Shown: positions 18,498 to 28,506 of the stretch, piece after piece
Position numbering within the stretch: position 1 is the stretch's first letter
Layout of the letters: each line of letters opens with the position of its first letter
Program-made: the position numbers and the translations under genes
Virus record (IMG/VR): IMGVR_UViG_3300020044_009931
Span: 1 to 46,144 of that record
DNA length: 46,144 nt
Reading direction: 5' to 3' (one strand)
Origin: a virus
Taxonomy: Duplodnaviria; Caudoviricetes
The notes under the pieces: generated by a model
What the model was told of the DNA's origin: nothing
Seen by the model: the letters and a program-made list of their open reading frames with translations, nothing else
Database searches by the model: none

Positions 18498-19142
18498 TTA
18501 TCGAATATCTCGATCATTGGCTACTATTAAGCTAGTAATCGCTCTATTCCAATCAGCTTCATATTGAGTCTTAATTCTATTCTCAATGCCCCTGTTTACC
18601 CTGTGTAGCTCTAAAGCCGAATGATAAGCCTCTTCGTATCTCTTTTTAAATCTCGACTCTTTAAATTGATCTGATGGGTCTTTAAAAAGATGATAGTCGC
18701 TTGCTGCACCGAGCATGATTAAACGCTGATAATATTGAGGAAATGCACTAATATTATCTGCTGCTATTTGATAAAAAAGATGAACTGTACCATTAGTCGT
18801 TGTATTCTCTAAAGTGCCTTTCCAGCCGCCATCAACTTCACGAATTTTAATAACATCGCTCGTAAAGCCGCCTCGTTCGATTTTATAAAAATCTTCATGT
18901 GAAATTGGCATAACCTCATAATCGCCACTCCATAGAGAAATAACCCTCACCATATCAGCGGGGAAAGTAACCTCTGAATCGGTAACAGTTAAATCGGTTT
19001 CCCTGATTAGTAAGCCTCTAAACTCTTGAGAAAGGCTAAGAGCTAGATTTTCTAAGTGAATTTCTAGCTCTTCGTCTCCATCTCCAGGTTGATTTAAACC
19101 TAGTAGAACTTTTAATTTATTGACTATCTCACGTGTTATCAT
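18498..19142 (-). CDS. Head-tail adaptor / tail tubular protein A-like
   Basis: 214 aa; 'VTFPAD..RV' and 'FPQYYQRLIMLGAA' fit podoviral adaptors. Confidence 0.6.
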   Translation of the reverse strand: MITREIVNKLKVLLGLNQPGDGDEELEIHLENLALSLSQEFRGLLIRETDLTVTDSEVTFPADMVRVISLWSGDYEVMPISHEDFYKIERGGFTSDVIKIREVDGGWKGTLENTTTNGTVHLFYQIAADNISAFPQYYQRLIMLGAASDYHLFKDPSDQFKESRFKKRYEEAYHSALELHRVNRGIENRIKTQYEADWNRAITSLIVANDRDIR

Positions 19143-19983
19143 CTGCTGGTTTCGCTAATTCTGTCTCGATATCCCCGACTAAAGCTAAGTCAGCTTTTAA
19201 AGCTTCAATAGCTTTGTCTCTGCCTTGTCCTAAAGTTTTATCTCCAAATTTAAAGTAAGCTCCAGCTTTAGAAATAATCCCAAGTTCAAGAGCTGCATCA
19301 AAAACGCTAAGAATTTTGCTTTCTTCCTCGCTTAATGTAGGCTCAGTTGGCTCATTGGGAACTTTTGTTTCTAATGATTCGCTAGATAAACCTGCTTTAG
19401 CTAAAATCTCTTTTAATAATTCAGGGTCTTTCAATAGCTCTTTAGTTATCTCTGATTTAAGCTCATTCTTCAAAGCATCTTTTTTAGCTTTTTCTTCTGC
19501 TTGAAGTTTTTCCGTGTAAGCCTTATCTGCAAACTGTTTGTTTATAACAGCATTTTCAGGCCACCCTTCTTCAAGTAATGATCTAACTAATTCGCCATGC
19601 TCTAGCGTTGCTACTAATTTAATTTCGCCTCTGTTTAGGGAATTTCTATTAGTCGCTAGTAAGCAAGATAAAGCCTCTTCCAGTGTAACGTAAGATACAT
19701 TAGCACCTTTCTTTTTAACCATATCAGGAGTTAAAAACTTTAAAGTTGAATTTACGTCAGATTCAGCAGGAGTTAGGTTTATCCAATCCTTCGTCTCTTT
19801 TAAAACAAACTTAAATAAGCCTTTTTCAGCAGGCTTAAACTTCCAGTTGCCTCTAGGGTCTTTGTCTATAAGGATATTTTCTCTTTTATTTAAAACACCT
19901 TTATCATCATATACACCAAGCTCACATACTTTACTTATGTTTAGCTCAAATTGTTTAGTACCTATTAATTCAATTGATCTCAT
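19129..19983 (-). CDS. Hypothetical protein with a RecA C-terminal-domain-like module
   Basis: 'ALELGIISKAGAYFKFGDKTLGQGRDKAIEALK' resembles RecA CTD '[23 protein letters not shown]'. GGAG RBS. Confidence 0.7.
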   Translation of the reverse strand: MRSIELIGTKQFELNISKVCELGVYDDKGVLNKRENILIDKDPRGNWKFKPAEKGLFKFVLKETKDWINLTPAESDVNSTLKFLTPDMVKKKGANVSYVTLEEALSCLLATNRNSLNRGEIKLVATLEHGELVRSLLEEGWPENAVINKQFADKAYTEKLQAEEKAKKDALKNELKSEITKELLKDPELLKEILAKAGLSSESLETKVPNEPTEPTLSEEESKILSVFDAALELGIISKAGAYFKFGDKTLGQGRDKAIEALKADLALVGDIETELAKPADDNT

Positions 19984-19996
19984 AAAACTCCTTTAT

Positions 19997-20030
19997 AAAA
20001 AAAGAGAGAGAGTAAACCTCTCCCTCTTTC
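19997..20030 (-). terminator. Intrinsic terminator after the major capsid gene
   Basis: Minus strand GAAAGAGGGAGAG-GTTTA-CTCTCTCTCTTTTTTT. Confidence 0.7.
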
Positions 20031-20042
20031 CTAATATTAACC

Positions 20043-21362
20043 TTAAACAGTGAAGCCTGTATATCTAGCGTGCATTTGTTCATGTAAAGGGATTACTCCA
20101 AATTCACATAACCATCTGCCTGCTTTTCCATCAAAATCTGGTTGTTGCGTGTCATCTTTCCAGTCAAGATTTCTGCCATTTAGTGTTACTAACTGTAAGA
20201 AAGCTGGATTGACTTGTACGATTTCATCAGATAAACCTAAAGTGTCAAGTAATGGATAGTATAAATACTTGATTCCTTCTGGTCCAAATGGAGCAATAAT
20301 CTTCTCTAAAGCTAATCCATAAGTATTCGCTCCAGGCTCAAGACTGATTCTGTAGCCTGTTTCTGTGGCATTAACTTTTTTGATGTTATTGAATAGCTGC
20401 CAGCCCACTAATAAGATTGGCTTTTCTTTCATACCAGCAGGGATACGTTTAGTCGCACGGTAAATAAGATCATCTTGTTTGTCGATTGAATAAGCAGTAC
20501 CACCACCTTGTAACGCTGTAGCAGCAACAACATTAGTAACTATAGAGTTATAAACCCCTTTAGTCGTTCTAATGATCTCGCCATTTCTTGAAGCTCTGTG
20601 AAGTTTACCGAAGAAAGCGATATACTCGTGATCTGCAAATATATCAGCTAATCCTTGCTGTTTGTACTCATCAAAGGTCTCTTCCTTGATAAGGTGAGTC
20701 TCTTCTTGAGCCATGTTTGTTCCAGTTTGGATTAGGTCAGAACGCAGGATTTGAGTATGTCCTTTTCTACGAGTCGCAATTTTACGATTACGATATTTCG
20801 CAAAAGAACCTTCTTCTTCCGCTGGTCCTAGCCTAATAACTTTAGAGTTATCTGCTGGAGCCGTTGCTGAATCTTGAGTTAGTGTCTCTGCCGCTTCGTG
20901 AACATCAACGACACCAGTCGAGCTAAACGCTCTTTCTACTGGGATAGTTTTAGCTACAAGGTTTGGAGCTCCATTTACTCTAACGATTTCACCTGTTCCA
21001 GCAAAATAGAATAAATCGCCTTCTCTTGCATCTGAAATATCTTCATCTAACTTCATAGAAGTAGAAGCAGTTGTCAATGCACCATCAAGCGTATACTCTC
21101 TTGTCCTTTCTGGGTTGAACTCAGTATAAGAAAATTCTGCTTGAGTAATGTTTTTACTTTCAAGGATAGCTGTACCGCCGCCTTGATTGTCTCTAATTCC
21201 ACCTAAGTATTTTTCAGCTTCCCCTTGATTGCCTACTTTTCCTGCCATTAACAAGAGGGGGCTGACCTGTGGAAGAATATCTTTTCCAGTTGGGATATAT
21301 GCGTAAGATTTACCCAAAGCTCCGCTAATTGAAGCGAACATTGGACCTTTTGTAGTAACCAT
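20043..21362 (-). CDS. Major capsid protein (SU10/DUF5309-like)
   Basis: 439 aa after the scaffold; 'TQILR..L..TGT..A', 'EYIAFFG', 'RTTKG'; strong AAGGAG RBS; terminator follows. Confidence 0.8.
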   Translation of the reverse strand: MVTTKGPMFASISGALGKSYAYIPTGKDILPQVSPLLLMAGKVGNQGEAEKYLGGIRDNQGGGTAILESKNITQAEFSYTEFNPERTREYTLDGALTTASTSMKLDEDISDAREGDLFYFAGTGEIVRVNGAPNLVAKTIPVERAFSSTGVVDVHEAAETLTQDSATAPADNSKVIRLGPAEEEGSFAKYRNRKIATRRKGHTQILRSDLIQTGTNMAQEETHLIKEETFDEYKQQGLADIFADHEYIAFFGKLHRASRNGEIIRTTKGVYNSIVTNVVAATALQGGGTAYSIDKQDDLIYRATKRIPAGMKEKPILLVGWQLFNNIKKVNATETGYRISLEPGANTYGLALEKIIAPFGPEGIKYLYYPLLDTLGLSDEIVQVNPAFLQLVTLNGRNLDWKDDTQQPDFDGKAGRWLCEFGVIPLHEQMHARYTGFTV

Positions 21363-21386
21363 TTAATTTAACTCCTTTGATTTTTA

Positions 21387-22127
21387 CTAGATAATAACGC
21401 CACTGGAGTATTTAGAACCTTGCTGAGATACAGGATTTCCTGCAAAAGAAATATTAGCCCCACCAATTCGGTTACCAAATTTAGCAAGAACCTTTTGTTC
21501 AATATCCCTTTCTCTTTTTTGGTTATAAAGAGAGTTCGGATCTTGAGCTAGTGTTCCCGTAATGACCTGTAAATAAGTTGAAAGAACTTCGATTGAAGGA
21601 TTCATAAAGTATCTTTCATTCCATTTACTGTCAAGTTTTGGTAGTTCTTGAGCTAGATAAGTCTTAAAGGTTTCCTTATCTTCAAATCCTAGATTTCTGC
21701 CTGTAGTTTCGTACAGTTCGCCTACTTGCCTTTCAAGGTTTTGGGTTGCCACTTGCAGTTTTAATTGACCAATCTCTTGACTTTGTTGCTGGAATCTTTG
21801 ATCTTGTTGCTGGTATTGCTCCTGTAAACCAGTAACATGCTGGTCTATAGGCTTACTCCAAAAGGTTTCTTCCTTTTGGGGTTGCAATCTTGCAATCATT
21901 TCCGCAACGGGGTCTCTTGATTTTAACGCATCAATTTCAGCTTTAAGCTGTGCATTTTGCTGCTCAACTTGGCTGTATTTACTAGAAACTTCTCTATATT
22001 GGTTTCTTGTATCATTGAAACGCTGCTCATAATCATGCGTGGGCTGTCCCGCCTGTGGGCTAGTAATATCATTTCCAGCTACGTCCGAAGACGAAGGAAG
22101 GGAAATGTCTGGATTCTCTAAGTTCAT
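21387..22127 (-). CDS. Capsid scaffolding protein
   Basis: Low-complexity N-terminus, 'DYEQRFNDTR' coiled coil, immediately upstream of the capsid gene. Confidence 0.65.
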   Translation of the reverse strand: MNLENPDISLPSSSDVAGNDITSPQAGQPTHDYEQRFNDTRNQYREVSSKYSQVEQQNAQLKAEIDALKSRDPVAEMIARLQPQKEETFWSKPIDQHVTGLQEQYQQQDQRFQQQSQEIGQLKLQVATQNLERQVGELYETTGRNLGFEDKETFKTYLAQELPKLDSKWNERYFMNPSIEVLSTYLQVITGTLAQDPNSLYNQKRERDIEQKVLAKFGNRIGGANISFAGNPVSQQGSKYSSGVII

Positions 22128-22201
22128 TTTACTCCTTTTGTATCAGTGGAAGTCCTAAGAAGCACTGACGTCTGTATTATAGGGAGAAAATTTTAAAATG
22201 T

Positions 22202-22534
22202 TTATTTTGCCTCTTTTCGTATATCCTCTTTAAGCCTGTCCTCTGCGACTTTAAGGTTTAATTTAATCGTTTCTTTGTCAAAAAGGCTTTTTGCTTGCTC
22301 CGATATTGTCTTTTTCTCTTGGACTAAAGCTAAAAAGCTATCTCCAAATTCGTCATATTTCTGCCTGTTATTAATTCGAGCAAGCCCTTGAGCGATAAGA
22401 TTATCTAGATTCTCTAATCTTTTTTCAAAATCTTCTTTAAGTAAATTAAAAAGTGGAGTATCTTGAGCCTCGAATATCTCAAGATACAAATTGTAATATT
22501 TTGCTTTATCTTCTTGAAGTTGATCTCCTATCAA
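22202..22534 (-). CDS. Small helical protein of the head module
   Basis: 110-aa ORF between portal and scaffold. Confidence 0.6.
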   Translation of the reverse strand: MIGDQLQEDKAKYYNLYLEIFEAQDTPLFNLLKEDFEKRLENLDNLIAQGLARINNRQKYDEFGDSFLALVQEKKTISEQAKSLFDKETIKLNLKVAEDRLKEDIRKEAK

Positions 22535-22839
22535 ATCAAGCCGCCCTTATTGTTCATTCCAAGCTGATTAATTAAGGCACTTGGACTAGAGCTTGAACTT
22601 TGCCCCATATTAAGCGGTTGCTGAATTGGCTGTTGGAAGCTTTGCCCTTGAGCTATCATTTTTTGAGCCATTTGCTGCACCATTAACTGTTGGCTTAAGC
22701 TTTCTTTTTGCTCTTTGTTTTGCTTCTCTCCGTCTTTTTCTCTTTGTTTCTTTCTGAATAAAAAAAGTTCTTGTGCTTCCTCTGGAGCTTGCTCCATTTG
22801 CTCAACGATTCCTAAAAGTGCTTCTGGGTTTACGCTCAT
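22531..22839 (-). CDS. Gln-rich hypothetical protein
   Basis: ATGA-coupled to the portal gene. Confidence 0.55.
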   Translation of the reverse strand: MSVNPEALLGIVEQMEQAPEEAQELFLFRKKQREKDGEKQNKEQKESLSQQLMVQQMAQKMIAQGQSFQQPIQQPLNMGQSSSSSPSALINQLGMNNKGGLI

Positions 22840-24725
22840 TGTGATATATCTCCTTGTTGCTCTACGTTACTTGGTCTACCGCCTTGATTTGGGCTAAGAG
22901 CTGGATTCCCTGAACCAGCTTGAGGAGCATATTTACCTGCAATCTCGGGTATTTGCTTTCCTGCTGCCGTTGCTTTCATTGCTATATTGTTTGCTATTTT
23001 ATAAGGGTCTGTTTCTAATAAATCGCTAGGGTCATCTACTGAATCTATCTTCATTGCCATTTGCAATAATAAAGGCTTAGTTTTAAGTTCAGGGTCGCCC
23101 GAATTAACAATTAGATTTACAAGTTCTGCCATTTGCTTAAGCTCTTTATCCGTTCTTGAATCAGCAAGATTAGAAATTTGTATATCGAAATCTAAATTCA
23201 TTGGAATTTCAGCTAAATTAACTTGTTCGACTTTATTATTGGTCGTTCTTGATAGGCTGTTTCCTATCTTAAATTCAATAGTATCTTCTAAAAACTGTTT
23301 ATTCAAAGCGTGCCACTGCCTGCCAAGCTCTGCTAAGTCTTCGGTTAATCTTCTGACTGTAACGGATAAAGTTACTTGTTGGATTCGCTGGAAAACTTCA
23401 AAAGAGCCGCTATCCCTAACCGAAGAAGGATTTGCCCCCGTCATCGCTCCATCTATTCCCATCGCTTCTTTAGCTTCTTGTAATAGTAACTGCATCCCTT
23501 GAACCGCTTGAGCATTAGGAAGATCAGGACGAATAGTAACTACATCGCTTGGGTCTTGAACTTTAATTACAGCACCAAGTTCACCTTTTTTTAATTGTTC
23601 TTCTGCCAATAAAGAAACGCCATTGCCGACTAAAGTCGTACCCGTCATGTGCCTTTTCCAGTTGTCAATTAGCATGCAAAGCATTTCATCTGAAAAAGCG
23701 TGTATCTTTGATGTTGCTTCAAATAGGCTCATTCCAAAAAATTCACCATATTGAGGCAAGTAAGCATAACGAACGAAAGGAAAGCGTGAACGATAGACGG
23801 GTCTCTTTATATCTAAAGGTACTGCTCCATTCCCGATAACTGAAACAACTCCAGGCTCATAAACCTCCATCAATTCAATAAGCGGGTCATCTTGATTTTT
23901 TTTCTCATAATCTTTAATCAATTGATGGTAATTCTTACTTATTGCTTGATCTTTCTTTGGATTAAAGTTATAAGTCGAATCACTGCGACGGGGAATCGTT
24001 GTAGCTCCGTCTTTAAGTAAATCAACATTCTTTAATCTGCCGTTTTTTTCAAGTTCCTTAAGCGTGCTAAATGGTACATACTTTCTGCGGACTACATGCC
24101 TTGCCGTTTCTAAATCTAAAGCTGCTGGGTCTGGGAAAAAATCTAAAGATGAAACTTGTTCTATCATCGGTTGATCAGCATAAACTACAGGCTCAGATAC
24201 TATAGTTTCCTTGATATAAGGCTCTTGTATTCCGTATTTATTAGTTCTATAAGCAATGCTTGATTGTGTTGTTTCGTGATACACAACATCGTATTTCCAG
24301 CATGTATGATGGAAAGCTGTTCCTTCTACGCACATAGCAAGAAAGGTTTGATAATAAACATTAGCAAGCTTCATCTTGTTTTGTTGATAACGCATATAGC
24401 GTGTATAAGCTAAAGCTTTTTCGTCTGCTTCGATGTTATTCCATGATCTTGCGATAAAGACGGGTCTTGTTGCAGTACCTAGCACGGCATCAGTTAAAAA
24501 AGAAGCAATACGCACTGCGGCTAAATGGGGTTGAGGGTTTCTAACGTCTGCTTGCCATTCTGCTTTTTCCATTAGTTGAGCGTTTTTATAAATCGCCCAA
24601 TTTTTAGCTCTTTGTTCAAAATATTTTACAGAATGTGAGTAATTTGAATCAACGATAGCTCTTAATCGGGTTAGCTCTTGCTTTTCTTTTTTGCTTAAAT
24701 GTTCATCAATTATTTTATGTTGCAT
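22836..24725 (-). CDS. Portal protein (podoviral, P22-like)
   Basis: 629 aa after TerL; 'DFFPDP.A..LE.ARHV', 'FPFV...P..GEFFGMS'. Confidence 0.88.
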   Translation of the reverse strand: MQHKIIDEHLSKKEKQELTRLRAIVDSNYSHSVKYFEQRAKNWAIYKNAQLMEKAEWQADVRNPQPHLAAVRIASFLTDAVLGTATRPVFIARSWNNIEADEKALAYTRYMRYQQNKMKLANVYYQTFLAMCVEGTAFHHTCWKYDVVYHETTQSSIAYRTNKYGIQEPYIKETIVSEPVVYADQPMIEQVSSLDFFPDPAALDLETARHVVRRKYVPFSTLKELEKNGRLKNVDLLKDGATTIPRRSDSTYNFNPKKDQAISKNYHQLIKDYEKKNQDDPLIELMEVYEPGVVSVIGNGAVPLDIKRPVYRSRFPFVRYAYLPQYGEFFGMSLFEATSKIHAFSDEMLCMLIDNWKRHMTGTTLVGNGVSLLAEEQLKKGELGAVIKVQDPSDVVTIRPDLPNAQAVQGMQLLLQEAKEAMGIDGAMTGANPSSVRDSGSFEVFQRIQQVTLSVTVRRLTEDLAELGRQWHALNKQFLEDTIEFKIGNSLSRTTNNKVEQVNLAEIPMNLDFDIQISNLADSRTDKELKQMAELVNLIVNSGDPELKTKPLLLQMAMKIDSVDDPSDLLETDPYKIANNIAMKATAAGKQIPEIAGKYAPQAGSGNPALSPNQGGRPSNVEQQGDISQ

Positions 24726-24727
24726 AG

Positions 24728-26443
24728 CTACCAGCCCTTATAAACAGCAGCCTTGCGGTACTTTAAAACAGCCGTTTTGTAATTCTCTAACTCTTCTGAG
24801 GTCTGCCAATGATTCCATTTGATATCTGCTCTATTATAGTATCTTAACGCTGCCTCGCCATGATCGTCTTTATTCTTCATTTTTGTAGGGTCATCTTTTT
24901 TATACTCTGCGTATTCAAGGCAAGTAAATAATCTTGGTACTTGGCTTGCAATAAAACGATAAAAAGGTTTTTTGGTTTTAGGGTTTACGTCTAATTTTTG
25001 CCCTATAGACTGCCTTGCTATTGGTGGATTTTTTTTATATTCAGGCTTTGCTAACCAATCTGTAAATTGCCTTCCTAAAATTACTTGCCCTTGTTTTTTT
25101 TCATCTTTATAGCCTTCGGGGAAGGTAGCCGTAATATAATCATCAAGAATCGTGCCGCCTTTTGTTCCTCTATCGTTAATTTGGGAATCTGCCACGGTTA
25201 CGATTGGACGAACGCCCCATTCTTCGCAAAGTTCATAAATTGCTAAAGCTTGCTCATGGGTTTCAAGGTTATTTTGGTAAACCTCTGCAAAAAACCAGTG
25301 GGTATCATCTTCATCTACTGCAACTAAGCAGAAAACAAAATCATCTGCTCGCCCATAATCTGAAAGTGCAAAGATTTTGCATTTTTCCAAAGGCGGCATT
25401 TCTTTTAAATCTGCTTGATGCCATGAATCTTCGCCTATAGATCGTTGAATCTGGTAAACCCTGCCATCTATTGCGGTAAATTTACCTTCTAATCTAACTT
25501 TACCCATTGCTGTTAGTTTAGGCTTAACCTTGCAATCTGGCTCTAATAGAATATAAGGGTCATCAATAATTGAACCATCTTCTGCAAGCATTTTGCCTCG
25601 GTCGTTGTGTACTGCAAAACGTGCAAGCATAGCGATATACAAATTAGGGTCTAAGTTTTGCAAGTTATCTTTTGTTGAAGCTTCGACCCATTCGATTAAG
25701 CCTGCTCCAGTAAGACCCGAATATTCACCTTTGCCAAGTAGAACATCATTCATGTAAGTAACCCCATGCGTTGGAGTTAAAGCATTAAATAACCATGCCC
25801 CGTGAGCTACCATCCTTGGGATAATCGCATCAAAGATGATTTTAGGCATTTCCTCATCGCAAACAATAACGCCGCTAACGTTTGCCGACTCAAAAATATC
25901 AACGCCGCCCGAATAAGGTTTAAATATAAAATCCGAATAAATCCTTTCATCGTGAGGGTCTACAAAAATTCTAACTCTATCTATAATGCTTCCCCTGCGA
26001 ATTACTTTATACTGGTCTGCTCTAAGCCATTTCGTTAATTCTTCTAAAGGGGTTTGCTCAAGTACATCTCTTGTTTCACCACAAAGCCAATTAATTAAGG
26101 GTTTCCCGACGGCAGGCTTTCTGTTAAAGGCGGGTAACATTCCTAAAGCAATATCAACGGCTTTTTTGCTTATTGTTGCGGTTTTTCCTCCCTTGTTCCC
26201 TCCAATGAAGATTTGAAAAGGCTTAGTAAAGCCTAAAAACTTTTGTTGAGGAACATTGTTCTTCCTAAACTTAAGAATCGGGTTTGCTTCAATATAATTG
26301 TTAAGGTCTGAGGCAAAGGATAATAAATACTCTCTGTCTGCTTGTGAAGCTTTTTGTAAAATCTTTTCAAAGAGCTTCGGGTTAGAAACGATTTTAATTA
26401 AATTTTGAACTTCAGGGTCTTCAAAATTAAAGCTCTGTGTCAT
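24728..26443 (-). CDS. terL: Terminase large subunit
   Basis: Walker A GGNKGGKT, Walker B 'IVCDEE', coupling motif 'LTPT', nuclease 'LSDYG..D' and 'DDH'. Confidence 0.92.
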   Translation of the reverse strand: MTQSFNFEDPEVQNLIKIVSNPKLFEKILQKASQADREYLLSFASDLNNYIEANPILKFRKNNVPQQKFLGFTKPFQIFIGGNKGGKTATISKKAVDIALGMLPAFNRKPAVGKPLINWLCGETRDVLEQTPLEELTKWLRADQYKVIRRGSIIDRVRIFVDPHDERIYSDFIFKPYSGGVDIFESANVSGVIVCDEEMPKIIFDAIIPRMVAHGAWLFNALTPTHGVTYMNDVLLGKGEYSGLTGAGLIEWVEASTKDNLQNLDPNLYIAMLARFAVHNDRGKMLAEDGSIIDDPYILLEPDCKVKPKLTAMGKVRLEGKFTAIDGRVYQIQRSIGEDSWHQADLKEMPPLEKCKIFALSDYGRADDFVFCLVAVDEDDTHWFFAEVYQNNLETHEQALAIYELCEEWGVRPIVTVADSQINDRGTKGGTILDDYITATFPEGYKDEKKQGQVILGRQFTDWLAKPEYKKNPPIARQSIGQKLDVNPKTKKPFYRFIASQVPRLFTCLEYAEYKKDDPTKMKNKDDHGEAALRYYNRADIKWNHWQTSEELENYKTAVLKYRKAAVYKGW

Positions 26444-27077
26444 CTAAAACCCTTTCTTTCAAAACTTCACCTTCTAGAACGCCACTGTACTTAGATAGAA
26501 TTTGAGCAGATGTTTTAATCTTCTGTTCCATTGTTCCCTCAAGTTGAAAATTAACCTGAAAGGCATTAAGCTTGCTATCGCTTGCAATCTTCTCTCTAGA
26601 TACTGCGTTTTTATCAACATCAATAAGATTTTTTTCGCTTTTAAGGCAAGCATTTAGAATATCTGAATGTAGTTTAGCTTTATCGCTAACTGCTTTGATT
26701 TTATCAGAATAAAAATCAGTTTCAGGATTTACAGTAGGGTCTATTTTATCGGCTATATCTTGGAGTTGCCCTTGTGCATCATAAATCCCCTTAAGAGACT
26801 TTTGGAAAACAAGCTTCATGTTTATAGTGTTATTAACTAAATCTTTACATTTATTGTAATATCGTCTTGCTGCGGTATAGGATTTTAAGCCAATCTTTTC
26901 AGCGAACAAATGATAAGCCTTATTTCTTATTGTTGGATGGGTAGCGGGCAGTAAAGTTTCGTTAGTTAAATTATCAAGTATTTCAATCATTAAAGCAAGG
27001 CGTTCATCTTCTATTGAATCGGCATCGTGCCTTAAAGAAAGTTGCTCTTGTTCAAATTTTTGTAATTTATCATTCAT
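26427..27077 (-). CDS. Putative terminase small subunit
   Basis: Overlaps the TerL start; HTH-like 'FAEKIGLKSYTAARRYY' followed by helices. Confidence 0.5.
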   Translation of the reverse strand: MNDKLQKFEQEQLSLRHDADSIEDERLALMIEILDNLTNETLLPATHPTIRNKAYHLFAEKIGLKSYTAARRYYNKCKDLVNNTINMKLVFQKSLKGIYDAQGQLQDIADKIDPTVNPETDFYSDKIKAVSDKAKLHSDILNACLKSEKNLIDVDKNAVSREKIASDSKLNAFQVNFQLEGTMEQKIKTSAQILSKYSGVLEGEVLKERVLDDTEL

Positions 27078-27120
27078 CTACGATAAGCCCCATTTAATCT
27101 ATTCTATCTTTTAAGAAAAA

Positions 27121-27126
27121 TATAAT
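27121..27126 (+). promoter_or_regulatory. -10 box for the plus-strand gene at 27146
   Basis: TATAAT followed by GGAGG RBS. Confidence 0.45.
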
Positions 27127-27145
27127 ACGCTTGGAGGTCAAAATA

Positions 27146-27703
27146 ATGACGACATATAAACACCCTGTACAAAAAAGGGTATTCCCTTTTGGAAGAAACG
27201 TAGGAATGAGTAATATTGGAGCTGATGTAGTTAAAGAAACAGCACGCTTTAGTTTATCCCCTGTTAGCTGGGTTAAGCTAGTCTATGATTTTACTGTTGA
27301 TGGAGCAATTGCTGCAACAAGCGGAAAAGTGCCTTTGAGGCTTGAAGGTTCAGATGAACAGTTTATTTTACCAGCGGGCTTTCAAATAACGACTGCCTTC
27401 TATAGAGTAACTCGAACATTTACATCTGCTACTGATGCTGCTGCTATAGGACTTGGACTATATGCAGTTGATGGTTCAGGCGATGATGATGCTGCTGGTA
27501 TCGTTGCCGCTCTTGCAATTTCTAACGCTGCAAATCCGTGGGATGCAACGGCTAAAGTTACGGCTACTATTCAGGTAGGTACTGCTGGAGCAGCAAGTGA
27601 AGAAACTACAGAAGATCAATATGTATCAATAATTAACACTGCGGGAGAAGCTAATACTGCGGGTAGAGTAATTGTTTACGCTGAAATTCTACAGCTTGAC
27701 TAA
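27146..27703 (+). CDS. Putative capsid decoration/spike protein
   Basis: Ala/Thr-rich beta protein, 'YDFTVDG...LPAG..IT.A..V..TF.S'. GGAGG precedes ATG 27146. Confidence 0.5.
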   Translation: MTTYKHPVQKRVFPFGRNVGMSNIGADVVKETARFSLSPVSWVKLVYDFTVDGAIAATSGKVPLRLEGSDEQFILPAGFQITTAFYRVTRTFTSATDAAAIGLGLYAVDGSGDDDAAGIVAALAISNAANPWDATAKVTATIQVGTAGAASEETTEDQYVSIINTAGEANTAGRVIVYAEILQLD

Positions 27704-27719
27704 TTAAATAACAAAAGGG

Positions 27720-28169
27720 CTATTCCGCATCAGAGATAGCCCTTTTATTTAAATTTTCGTCTCTTAAAACATTAAAAAGATGTTTATTCTCTCTCTTAAA
27801 AGCTCCACGTTTACTACGAAGAGTATTAATAGCAATTCTTCTTTCTGATTCGGCAGGAAAAAACCTTTCCATATTAAGTTCATAGGTTTTATCAAAGCCC
27901 TTAATCAAAACCCCTTTATTCGTTAAATCAACCATTCCTTTAGCAAAGTTGCTTTTGTTCATAAATTCGGTAGCTTTCCAAAGGGTCGTATAAGTAACCT
28001 TGGGATTTTTCCTTATTTCTTCATCTGAAATTATTTCTCTGTTTAGATACATGCCAAATTCAAGGCGAATATAAGCTGCAATAATTCTTTGCTGTATTTT
28101 AGTTAAGCCTAACTCTAAAATATCAGAAAGGCATAACATGGCTTCAATAACACTATTCGGTAACTGCAT
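27720..28169 (-). CDS. Winged-helix-like DNA-binding protein
   Basis: 'LTKIQQRII...TYTTLW...MNKSNFAKGMVDLTNKGVLIK...YELN'. Confidence 0.55.
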   Translation of the reverse strand: MQLPNSVIEAMLCLSDILELGLTKIQQRIIAAYIRLEFGMYLNREIISDEEIRKNPKVTYTTLWKATEFMNKSNFAKGMVDLTNKGVLIKGFDKTYELNMERFFPAESERRIAINTLRSKRGAFKRENKHLFNVLRDENLNKRAISDAE

Positions 28170-28470
28170 CTAAACTCCTTAAAGGCATCATCTCTTTAGC
28201 GTTAGCCTTTTTAACAATTTCTCCTAAATCCTGTAAGCCTATAGGCTCAGATTCACTATACCATTTATCTATATAATTAATATTCCCGTCATGGGCTATA
28301 TAGTAAATTCTTATAGCAATAGGCTCACAATAAGTAAATTCTGGCTTATTATGCCTTTTAGCCCTTAGCTTATGTACCCACATCTCAGGCTCAAAAGCAT
28401 AAAATTCACGCTTTAAAGCATGGTGATCTCTGCCAAATTCTTTATTAATTCTACTAAAGCGTTGCTTCAT
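28153..28470 (-). CDS. Hypothetical protein
   Basis: 105-aa ORF colinear with its neighbours. Confidence 0.55.
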   Translation of the reverse strand: MKQRFSRINKEFGRDHHALKREFYAFEPEMWVHKLRAKRHNKPEFTYCEPIAIRIYYIAHDGNINYIDKWYSESEPIGLQDLGEIVKKANAKEMMPLRSLDAVTE

Positions 28471-28506
28471 AAAGTATTATTTTTTCTTTTAAAGTGTAAA
28501 AGAAAA

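Noticed and set aside
19129-19400. recA gene or pseudogene
   Set aside because: Only the C-terminal domain is present, in frame within a different protein; no ATPase core remnants were seen.
10275-26216. Other short plus-strand ORFs inside virion genes (10275, 14789, 15009, 15029, 19316, 19847, 20050, 22715, 23239, 25204, 25802, 25986)
   Set aside because: Antisense to well-supported genes.
24728-26443. Short insertions in TerL as possible inteins or introns
   Set aside because: Only tens of residues long, no splice-junction motifs, and the ORF is continuous.
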